NCBI GenBank assembly: GCA_963743525.1
Contig: CAVUQH010000004.1
Span: 32,001 to 96,000, forward strand
Direction: 5' to 3'
Length of the DNA: 64,000 bases
Origin: an uncultured delta proteobacterium
Lineage (GTDB): Bacteria; Myxococcota_A; Polyangia; Haliangiales; Haliangiaceae
A program made the translations under genes and the position numbers. The notes beneath the pieces are model-generated. The model saw nothing but the letters and a program-made list of their open reading frames with translations, searched no databases and was not told the origin of the DNA. Of this stretch, positions 43,040 through 51,912 are shown in pieces; positions within the stretch are counted from its first letter, which is position 1; each line of letters opens with the position of its first letter.

Positions 43040-44023
43040 GTGAACACGACGTTTCCCGCCGACTCGCCGCTGTCCATCTTCTCCGAGGACGAAGTCCGCG
43101 CCATCTTCGATGCCGGGTCAACCCGGTCCCTCGCTGCCGGCGATGTGATCGTTACCGAAGGCGAGGCCGGCGACTCGATGTTCTTCCTGCTCGAGGGCAA
43201 CGCCGAGGCACAGCTGGCAAGCGGCCTGGTCGTTCGCCACTACGAGGCCGGCAGCTACTTCGGAGAGCTGTCGTGGATCAATCCCGGCCACCTGCGCAGC
43301 GCGACCATCCTGGCATCTACGGCCGTCCGTCTGCAGGAGCTCGATCAATCCAGCATCGCGACGCTCATCAGCGGTCACCCCAACGTGATCTTTACCCTGC
43401 TGCGGCGAACCTGCGCCTTCCTGGTCGACGCCGAGCGCAACCTGATCTCGGATCTGCGCCGCCGCAACTCGGAGCTGCAAGAGACCATCAAGAAGCTCGA
43501 CTTCACCCGCAATCGCCTGAGCGAGGAGGAGGAAGCGGCGCGCCGCGATGCGCTGACCGGGCTGTACAACCGCCGCTGCTTCGACGACGAGCTGCCGATG
43601 TTCATCGAGCGCGCGCAGGCCATCGGCTGCGGGCTGGCCGTGGTGTCGATGGACCTGGATCACTTCAAGCCGGTCAACGACACCCTCGGCCACGCCGCCG
43701 GTGACGCCGTGCTCCGGGGCGTGGGCAAGGTGCTGCGCGAGAACCTGCGCAAGACCGACCTGCCGTGCCGAATCGGCGGCGACGAGTTCATCTTCCTCCT
43801 GTCCGACGTCACCGAGGAAGACGCGCGCAAGCGCGCGGAAGACGTCCGCAACGCGGTCGGCACGATGCCGCATCCGGGCAATGACCAGGGGATTCGCTGC
43901 ACCGGAACGCTCGGCGGGACGCTCTACCGCGCCGGCGAGACTCCGGCCGAGTTCATGCACCGCGCCGACGAAGCGCTGTACGCGGCCAAGCGCGCCGGTC
44001 GCAACCAGGTCGGCTGGGACTAG
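43040..44023 (+). CDS. cNMP-binding domain - coiled coil - GGDEF diguanylate cyclase
   Basis: EGEAGDSMFF...FGELSW...RSAT, then DALTGLYNRR, DLDHFKPVND, GH..GD, I-site RKTD and an intact GGDEF. Confidence 0.95.
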   Translation: MNTTFPADSPLSIFSEDEVRAIFDAGSTRSLAAGDVIVTEGEAGDSMFFLLEGNAEAQLASGLVVRHYEAGSYFGELSWINPGHLRSATILASTAVRLQELDQSSIATLISGHPNVIFTLLRRTCAFLVDAERNLISDLRRRNSELQETIKKLDFTRNRLSEEEEAARRDALTGLYNRRCFDDELPMFIERAQAIGCGLAVVSMDLDHFKPVNDTLGHAAGDAVLRGVGKVLRENLRKTDLPCRIGGDEFIFLLSDVTEEDARKRAEDVRNAVGTMPHPGNDQGIRCTGTLGGTLYRAGETPAEFMHRADEALYAAKRAGRNQVGWD

Positions 44024-44040
44024 CGAGCGCTGAGCGATCG

Positions 44041-44535
44041 CTACTCGTCGACCGAGACGATGAAGGTCGTGCCGCGAACGCCCAGCACCGTGCGCGGCGT
44101 CTTGATCCGCACCGAGCCGGGATTCTGTTTGGTCAGCTGACCGGTGCGCACCATCATCGTGCCCTTCTTGATCCGCGCCAGCATGTTGCCCTTGAGCTTC
44201 TTGGGATCGAAGAAGTAGGTGTCGATGGCAATGCGGCTGTTGGGCCCGATGGCAAACGCTGTCTTGTCGGTGAAGGTGATCGCCAGCTTGCCCTGTGGTC
44301 CGGTCTCGAACAGGTCGTGCTCGAGAACCGCGTCGCCACCCTTGACCGGCACCTTGTCCTTACCGCGAACGACGGTGACTGTTCCGCTCACGGTCACCGC
44401 CTTGCCGATGGTCTTGGCCGCCGCTGGCGCGGCCGGCTGCGCCGACGCCGGCCCCGCCAAACAGACGACGACCAGCGCTGCCAGCGTCGAGCCAAAGGTT
44501 CGGGTTCGGTTCCAGTGCTCGCGGCTCGGCATCAT
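44041..44535 (-). CDS. FecR-domain exported protein
   Basis: Signal peptide ending [18 protein letters not shown]..., and [15 protein letters not shown]. Confidence 0.88.
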   Translation of the reverse strand: MMPSREHWNRTRTFGSTLAALVVVCLAGPASAQPAAPAAAKTIGKAVTVSGTVTVVRGKDKVPVKGGDAVLEHDLFETGPQGKLAITFTDKTAFAIGPNSRIAIDTYFFDPKKLKGNMLARIKKGTMMVRTGQLTKQNPGSVRIKTPRTVLGVRGTTFIVSVDE

Positions 44536-44666
44536 CAACTGCTCGACACTACCACGCTGCCGATCGGCGCCGCAATCGCGGCTCCGGGTCGGACAGTGTC
44601 CTCTCATGTGCGACGACTGGTTTCTCGGACGGGTCACTTGTCACCGTAACTCGCGGGCGCGTACGG

Positions 44667-47600
44667 TTGTGTGCACGAGGGGGCGCGGCGCTGCTGCGAG
44701 ACGGATCTACGGCGACATTCCCGCGGCTAATCGTCTGCGCGGCAATCACCACTGCGATGCTGTTCGTCTGTCGGACGAGTCGCGCGCAGATCCGGTTTGC
44801 CGACGCCGCCGATCGCCTCGATTTTGCCGGGCAGTGCGGCGACGGCACGCTGGACGCCAACGAGGAATGCGACGATGGCAACCGCGACGACGCCGACGGC
44901 TGCAACGCAATCTGCGGGATCGACAGCGACTTCGACAGCATCGTCAACCTGGTCGAGCTCGACGATGCCGACCTCGCCACGCCGCCGACGGACACCGACG
45001 GCGACTCCATTCCCGACTACCAGGACGACGACAGCGACGACGACACGATCCTCGACTTCGACGAGGCCGGGGATCCGGACCCGTTCACCGACCCGGTCGA
45101 CACCGACGGCGATCTGGTTCCGGACTTTCGCGACGGCGACTCCGACGGTGACGGCATCCCCGACGCGGTGGAAGCCGGCGACAGCGACCTGGTCACGCCG
45201 CCGGTGGACACGGATCGCGACGGACTGCCGGATTTCATCGACACCGACAGCGACGCGGACACCGTCCCCGACGCCAGCGACAACTGCCGGCTGATCGCCA
45301 ACCCGGACCAGGCCGACAGCGACAACGACGGCATCGGCGATGCCTGTGACGAGCCCACGCCGCCACGCGCCCCGGTGGTGGAGTTCGGCGGCGGTGGCGG
45401 CTGCTCCGCGGGCGACGGCGGCTCCGGGTTGGGGGCGCTGGCGCTGCTGCTCTTCGCCCTGCTGGCGGTGGCTTCTCGGCGCAGACGCGCCGCGACGGTC
45501 ATCGCCATCGCGCTGCTCCGCACCGGCACCGCGAACGCCCAGGTCACCATCGACGAGAACATCGACATCGATCACTTCGTACTGTCGGGAGACCGCGCGG
45601 GCATCCTCAACGTCGAGTGGGCCGCGGTTCCCGACCACCTGCAGTGGGAGCTCGGCCTGGCGCTGAGCGGCGTCGCCGATCCGCTGGTGGCCCGGGTCGA
45701 CGGTGCCGACCAGTCGCTGGTCAGCAGCCGCTACAGCTCGACCGTCGTCGGGTCGATCGGGCTGTTCGGCTGGTCGCAGCTGACCCTGTCGCTGCCGGTC
45801 ATCATGTCGCAGTCGGGCGACCAGGCAACCGGCGTGGACAGCCAGGCCATCGACGGCGCCGCGCTCGGCGACCTGCGGATCGCGCCCAAGCTCCAGCTCC
45901 TGCGGCGAGCGCGCTTCGGCGTTAACGTCGCGCTGATACCCGCCTTCACCGTTCCCACCGCCAGCAACAACCGATTCGCCGGCAGCGGCGGCATCGCGTT
46001 TGCCCCCCAGCTGGCCGTGTCCGCCGTTGCCGCCAACCTGCGTCTCAGCGGCAACCTGGGCTACCTGGCGCGCAAGAATCGTGCGTTCGGTGGCGCCGAG
46101 ATCGGCGACGAGCTGAGAGCCACGATCGGCGCCGGCTACCGGGTCGGCGCGACGCCGATCGAGATCGACCTCAGCGCCATGCTCGCCCTGCCCGCCGGTG
46201 GCGACGGAACGCGGACCGACCGCACCTACGCCGAGCTCCTCGGCGGCGGCAGCTATCGGATCGACGATCAGCTGTCGGCCTTCGCCGGCGTCGGCCGGGG
46301 GCTGACCCGCGGCGTCGGCTCTCCCGCATGGCGAGCACTGGTGGGCATCCGCTTCAGCCCGCGGGGCGCGGAGCAGCGCGCGCCAGCAGCGCCGAGCAGC
46401 AGCTTCGAACGGGTCGTCGTCGTGCCCGATGAAGACGGCCACGTCGGCGCGGTGGAGGTCGATGACGGCACCAGCAAGACGCTGCTCGACACCGCGTATG
46501 CGTTCGACCGAGCTGCGCGCCGATGACCACACTGCCCGCGCGGTGCAGAGCTCGCCCGAGGCGGTCGAGTCCACGACCACGGCCCTGGCCACAGTGCTGC
46601 CGCCACCCGACCGCGATCTGGACGATATCGCCGACGCCGACGACAGCTGCCCGGACCGTCCGGGCAAGCCGTCGGCGAACCCGCTGCGCAACGGCTGCCC
46701 GGTGTCGGTGGAGAAGGTCGTGGTGCTGCCCGACGAAAACGGCCACGTCGGCGCCGTCGAGGTCGACGATGGCACCACCACCACGCTGCTCGATCAGCCG
46801 TACGCCGCCTCCGAGGTCGGCGCCGACGGCGCCGCCAGGGCCGTGCCCCCGGCTCCGCCCAGGGCGGTGGCGCGGGCAGTGTCGACCATCGTCGTCGCCC
46901 TGCCGCCGGCCGACGCCGACGACGACAGCATCCCCGACGTCTCCGATGCCTGTCCGGCCGTGGCCGGCGTGGTCTCGCCCGATCCGGTGCGCAACGGCTG
47001 CCCGGCAGCCAGTGAGCGAGTGATCGTGGTGCCCGACGCCGACGGTCACGTCGGCGCCGTCGAGGTCAACAACGGCACCACCAGGACAGTCATCGACCAG
47101 GCGTACGGCAGCGCCCAGGTCGCCGCTGATGGTGCCGTGGTCACCGCGCCGCCGCCGCCGGAGTCGAAATCGATCGATCGCGCCATCGTCGAGGTCGCGA
47201 CCGTGTTGCCGCCGGCCGACGAGGACGCCGACGGCACCATCGACGGCGACGACCTGTGCCCGACACGCGCTGGCGTCAAGACCGCCGACCTGCGAGACGG
47301 CTGCCCCAAGGGGGTCAGCGAGACCGTGACCGTGCTGCCCGACGAGGACGGCCACGTCGGCGCGGTCGAGATCGACGACGGCAGCGGCACCCCGGTCGTG
47401 CTGGACAAGGCGTTCGCGACCTCCGAGGTCGGCGCCGACGGTCACGTGCGCGAGGTCCCGGCGCCGCCCAAGGTGGTGCTGGAGAAGAAGATCACCGCCA
47501 TCGCCCGCACCATGCCCCACCGGGACGAGGACGGCGACGGCATCATCGACGCCAACGACGCGTGCAAGGATCGCCCGGGCAAGACCAGCCCCAAGCCGGC

Positions 47601-48159
47601 GCTCAACGGCTGCCCGGTCACCGTCGAGCGCATCGTCTTGCTGCCCGACGCCGACGGCCACGTCGGCGGTCTCGAGATTGGCGACGGCGCCGACAAGGTG
47701 ATCCTCGACAAGGCGTACGCCACCGCCGAAATCGGCACCGACGGCAAGGCGCTCACCACCCGCACGCCGGCCACCGAGGTCGAGCAGGAGTTCCACGAGA
47801 CGTTGGCGGCGCGGCCCGACTACAGCGGCGCGCGCATCGTCATCTACTTCAATAAGCGCGCCCAGCCGACCTACGACGTCAGCGAACAGATCGAGGATCT
47901 GGTCGCCGACCTCTACGGTCGCGTCGGCTACACCATCACCGTGGTCGGGCACACCGACTCCGTCGGCTCGCGCCGTCGCAACCAGCGACTGGGCCTGAAG
48001 CGGGCCCAGACGGTCGCCGATCAGCTGATCAAGGCGGGCGTCCCCAAGAGCGAGATCAAGGTGGAGTCCAAGGGCAGCTCGGAGCCGGCCGTTCGCGTCG
48101 ACGACCCGAGCATCCCGGTGCTGAAGAACCGCCGCGTCGAGATCTTCGTGCAGTACTAG
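44667..48159 (+). pseudogene. Giant OmpA-family protein (Cys-rich + TSP3 repeats, internal MYXO-CTERM, beta-barrel, 5 tandem modules, OmpA_C) split by a +1 frameshift near 46503 (real or sequencing error)
   Basis: ORFs 44667..46526 and 46429..48159 join into about 1163 aa if one T of 46503-46504 is removed. OmpA_C motifs VVGHTD, NQRLGLKRA and KNRRVEI. Start uncertain. Confidence 0.82.
46410..47760 (+). repeat. Five tandem ~303-306 bp coding repeats ([15 protein letters not shown]...D.AYA module alternating with a TSP3 repeat)
   Basis: GGY-CAC-GTC-GGC anchors at 46437, 46741, 47044, 47350 and 47656. Confidence 0.9.
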
Positions 48160-48182
48160 CGCGCCCGCCAGACCGAGCCAGC

Positions 48183-50663
48183 ATGGAGAAATACAAGCGT
48201 CGAATTTGGCTGTTCCAGATTCCGCTGGTGCTGTTGTGGACGCTGGCGCTGCTCATCGCCGATTGCGGCGACGACGGCACCCTCGAGTCCGGGTTCCTGC
48301 GCCGCGACATCTACCCATCGGTGCGCGGCCTGTCGAGCTCCTACACCGACCTCAAGTTCAAGGCGCGCGGGCCGCGCCCGGTGCGCAACAAGATCGTGAT
48401 CGTCGAGATCGACGACCGCGCCATCAGCATGGTCGGGCGATGGCCGTGGCACCGCGACGCGGTCGCCCTGCTGATCATGGCGGCGCTGGAAAACGGCGCC
48501 AGGGCGGTCGGCCTCGACATCGTGTTCCCCGAAGACGACGTACGCGTGGCTCCGGACCTGGCGGAGCTGTTGCAGAACAACGGTCTCGGCGACCAGATCC
48601 CGCAGTTCGAAAGCGACCTGGTGCTCAAGCGGATCATCGATCTCTACAAGGACAGGCTGGTCCTCGGCTGGATGAGCGACACCACCTGTCGGCCCGCCTT
48701 TCACGACGATCCGTGCGACGTCACCAGCGAAGGAGCCCTGGCGTCGATCCCGCAGGGCTTCGACAAGTTCGCGTTCGACCAGTTCACGCTGCCCAAAGGC
48801 TTCGATCCGGGCGACACGCCGATCGTCTCGGCCGAGAGCGTGGTTTCGAACCTGCCGATGTACAACGAGTCGGCGGTCTACTCCGGCTTCCTGGTCAGCG
48901 CGGTCGAGGAGTCCGACGAGGTGGTTCGCCGGGCCCAGGCCGCGCTCGTGCTCGGCGGCAAGCCGTATCCGTCACTGCCGCTGCAGATGGCCAGCATCGG
49001 CCTGGACGACAAGCTGGCCATCGACTTCGACGGCGACCTGATCAAGGACATCTGGTTCGTCAAGACCGGCCGGCGAGTCCCGGTTTCACCCACCGGCGCC
49101 GTCTCGATCAACTTCCGCGGCGGCGCTTACCATTTCCCCTACGTCGGCGCCGTCAACCTGCTCAGCGAAGAGCCCAACATCCCGGTCCAGCACGACGGCA
49201 AGATCGAGACCCGCCCGGTCAAAGAGGTATTCAAGGACGCCTACGTGCTGATCGGCGTCACCGCCATCGGCGGACGCGACCTGCGGAACTTCCCGTTCGG
49301 TCACAACATCCCGGGCACCGAGGGACTCGCGACCATCCTGGACAACACGCTCAGCGGCGACGCTATCACCCGCAGCAAGGGGATGTGGGGACTGCCGCTG
49401 CTGCTGCTGATGATGACCGTCGGCGGGGCCTTGTTCTGCCTGCTGATGATCCGGCTGTCGGCGCTGCCCGCGATCATCGCGTCGCTGCTGACGATCGGCG
49501 TCATCGCGCTGATCGACATCTACTACGTCTTCGGCCATCTCGATGTCGACCTCAACAGCGCCTTCCTGCTGGGCGAGCTGGCCACGATCTTCATCACCAC
49601 GGTGGCGGTGAAGTACATCATGGAGGAGCGGCGCAAGCGGGTGATCCGCGGGACCTTCTCCAAGTACCTCGCGCCCGAGGTCGTCGACGAGATGCTCAAG
49701 GACCCCGACAACATCGAGCTCGGCGGTGAGGCGCGCCAGCTGACGATCATGATGTCGGACCTGCGCGGCTTCACCGCCACGGCCGAGCGGCTCGCCCCCG
49801 AGCAGGTCCTCGAGATGCTCAACCACTATCTCGGGACCATGGCCGACATCATCGTCGACTACCGCGGGACCATCGACGAGTTCATCGGCGACGCCATCCT
49901 GGTGATCTTCGGTGCGCCCATCGCCCGCCCCGACGACGCCCGCCGCGCGGTGGCCTGCTGCGTGGCCATGCAAAAGGCGATGAAGGGGATCAACGAGGTC
50001 AACACGGGCAAGGGGCTGCCCAGGCTGGAGATGGGCATCGCCCTCAACACCGGCGAGGTCACGGTCGGCAACATCGGCTCGCAGAAGCGCCTCAAGTACG
50101 GCGTCGTCGGCAGCCACGTCAACCTGACCGCGCGCATCGAATCGAACACCGTCGGCGGCCAGCTGCTCATCTCCGAGAGCACCCTGGCCCTGGCCGGCGA
50201 CGACATCGTGCTGGGCGAGACCTACTCGATCGTCGCCAAGGGCTTCCCCGAGCCGATCGTCGCCCACGAGGTGCTGGGCATCGGCGGCGAGTACGATCTC
50301 CACCTCGACGAGGTCGACCTCGCGCTGGTCGAGCTGGACGATCCGGTCGAGGTCCGCTACCGGGTGATGCGCAGCAAGAACGACGAGAGCGACGAGCAGG
50401 CCGGGCGGCTGACGTCACTGTCGGCGCTGGCCGCGTCACTCGAGACCGACGGTGAGCTGCAGGCGCTGCAGAACCTGAAGCTGCAGCTGCTCGCGGCCTC
50501 GGGCGAGCCGATCGAAGGCGACCTGTACGCCAAGGTCACCGCCGCCGGCGACACCTGCGCCTTGCGCTTCACCGCCGTCCCCCCGACCGTCGAGGCGTTC
50601 ATCAGCGAGCACCTGGGCGACGGCGGTTCCGAGCGCTCCGCCGAGATGGTCGAGCGCGACTAG
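48183..50663 (+). CDS. CHASE2-domain class III nucleotide cyclase (guanylate-cyclase-type residues) with a C-terminal PilZ-like domain
   Basis: CHASE2: IVIVEIDD, GRWPWHR, VGLDIVFPE, VLIG. Three TM helices. Cyclase: SDLRGFT, TIDEFIGDAI, GIALNTGEV, KYGVVGSHVNLTARIE. Confidence 0.93.
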   Translation: MEKYKRRIWLFQIPLVLLWTLALLIADCGDDGTLESGFLRRDIYPSVRGLSSSYTDLKFKARGPRPVRNKIVIVEIDDRAISMVGRWPWHRDAVALLIMAALENGARAVGLDIVFPEDDVRVAPDLAELLQNNGLGDQIPQFESDLVLKRIIDLYKDRLVLGWMSDTTCRPAFHDDPCDVTSEGALASIPQGFDKFAFDQFTLPKGFDPGDTPIVSAESVVSNLPMYNESAVYSGFLVSAVEESDEVVRRAQAALVLGGKPYPSLPLQMASIGLDDKLAIDFDGDLIKDIWFVKTGRRVPVSPTGAVSINFRGGAYHFPYVGAVNLLSEEPNIPVQHDGKIETRPVKEVFKDAYVLIGVTAIGGRDLRNFPFGHNIPGTEGLATILDNTLSGDAITRSKGMWGLPLLLLMMTVGGALFCLLMIRLSALPAIIASLLTIGVIALIDIYYVFGHLDVDLNSAFLLGELATIFITTVAVKYIMEERRKRVIRGTFSKYLAPEVVDEMLKDPDNIELGGEARQLTIMMSDLRGFTATAERLAPEQVLEMLNHYLGTMADIIVDYRGTIDEFIGDAILVIFGAPIARPDDARRAVACCVAMQKAMKGINEVNTGKGLPRLEMGIALNTGEVTVGNIGSQKRLKYGVVGSHVNLTARIESNTVGGQLLISESTLALAGDDIVLGETYSIVAKGFPEPIVAHEVLGIGGEYDLHLDEVDLALVELDDPVEVRYRVMRSKNDESDEQAGRLTSLSALAASLETDGELQALQNLKLQLLAASGEPIEGDLYAKVTAAGDTCALRFTAVPPTVEAFISEHLGDGGSERSAEMVERD

Positions 50664-51532
50664 CCGGCGGGCACGAAACGACGGCTGGCCGAATCCCAGC
50701 GCTCGGTGGCGCCCTCGCGTGCGAGGGCGAACCGGTCCAGACCGGAGGCGTGGCGCGCGGCAGCCGCCTCGATCTCGGCGTCGGCACGCAGCGGACCGTG
50801 GTGAGCCGCGAGAATGCGCGCCTGGGGAAACGCTCGCGCCAGCGCGGCGACCGACTCGACCGACCCGTGACCGAAGGCGTGATCGGCGACATCGCTGTAG
50901 CTGGCGTCGACCACCGCCAGGTCTGCCGAGGCGACCACGCGCCGCTCCATCTCCGACGTCTCGCCGGTCGGCTCGTGGTCACACAGGTAGGCCACGGTAG
51001 GGCCGCCCTCGACCGCCAGCCGGAAACCCAGGGTGTCGAGATAGCGCCGGTCAGGTGCGATACCGCTGTAGTGGTGCAGCGCGACCGGCTCCAGCGTCGC
51101 ACCGGGCAGCTGCACCGAAGCGCCCGCCTCGAGCTCGACCAGCGCCAGGTTGGCCAGCGTGCCGATCGCCAGGATCTCCAGCGGGACGAACGACGGCGGC
51201 TCGAACACCCGGCCAATCGCCTCGAGCGCCTCGGCCGGGCCGAGGATCGTCAGCTCGAGGCCGCTGTTCTTGCGCCACATCCACTCGGCATCCTTGAGCC
51301 CCTCCCAGTGGTCAACGTGGGCGTGACTGACCAGGAGGTGGATCCGCTCGACCCGCCCCAGCCGCTCATCGGTGCGGAGGGCGGACGACAGCGGCACCAG
51401 GCCGCTGCCGGCATCGAACACGAACAGGTCGTTGCCGACCGCCAGTGAGTAGCACGAGGTGCGGTTGCCGATCTGCGAGCCGACGGCGTTGCGCGAGCCG
51501 CGGGATCCCCAGATGTGGAACAGCGTCGGCAA
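50660..51532 (-). CDS. MBL-fold metallo-hydrolase (RNase Z/PhnP-like; candidate cyclic-nucleotide phosphodiesterase)
   Basis: WGSRGS, FDAGSG, HAHVDH, CDHE, VDASY, FGHGS and AHH. Confidence 0.85.
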   Translation of the reverse strand: MPTLFHIWGSRGSRNAVGSQIGNRTSCYSLAVGNDLFVFDAGSGLVPLSSALRTDERLGRVERIHLLVSHAHVDHWEGLKDAEWMWRKNSGLELTILGPAEALEAIGRVFEPPSFVPLEILAIGTLANLALVELEAGASVQLPGATLEPVALHHYSGIAPDRRYLDTLGFRLAVEGGPTVAYLCDHEPTGETSEMERRVVASADLAVVDASYSDVADHAFGHGSVESVAALARAFPQARILAAHHGPLRADAEIEAAAARHASGLDRFALAREGATERWDSASRRFVPAG

Positions 51533-51912
51533 GGCGTCAGTATATCACCGCGCGCGTACCACAATCAGAGCGGCGGGCTCGCTCATCGGGCGGCGCTCGG
51601 CGCGGCAACCCAGACGACGTCGTCCGCGCCGAGGCCGGCGAGGGAGCGCGGCCGTTCACTGCGCGGAACCACTACGTCGCGCGCCGATTGCGCGAGCGGT
51701 GCGCGTCGATCGACGTCGAGGCCGCGGATGGCGGCAACGCGCGCCCTCCCCGATTCCCTCGACGGCCGAGGAAAGCTCCATTCGGTGGGAGCACAACGGG
51801 TCTCGGGCGACCGAGGCGGCGCGACGTGCCCCTGCCCGCTGGGCCGCCGGCCCCAGGTCCAGGTCGAACCGACCCGTTCCTTGAGGCATAATGGCGAGGC
51901 TACCTAACTCAC

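Noticed and set aside
46410..47760. CRISPR array or mobile repeat
   Set aside because: Units are about 303-306 bp, diverged and protein-coding. There are no identical short repeats and no cas genes.
41659..51532. Pycsar/CBASS-type anti-phage system (cyclase + cNMP effector + MBL)
   Set aside because: The cyclase is a membrane CHASE2 purine-type enzyme and the cNMP domains are fused to kinase and GGDEF, not to TM or TIR effectors.
51545..51912. Long intergenic region as ncRNA or riboswitch
   Set aside because: I could not recognise any conserved motif or convincing structure. An Rfam scan would be needed.
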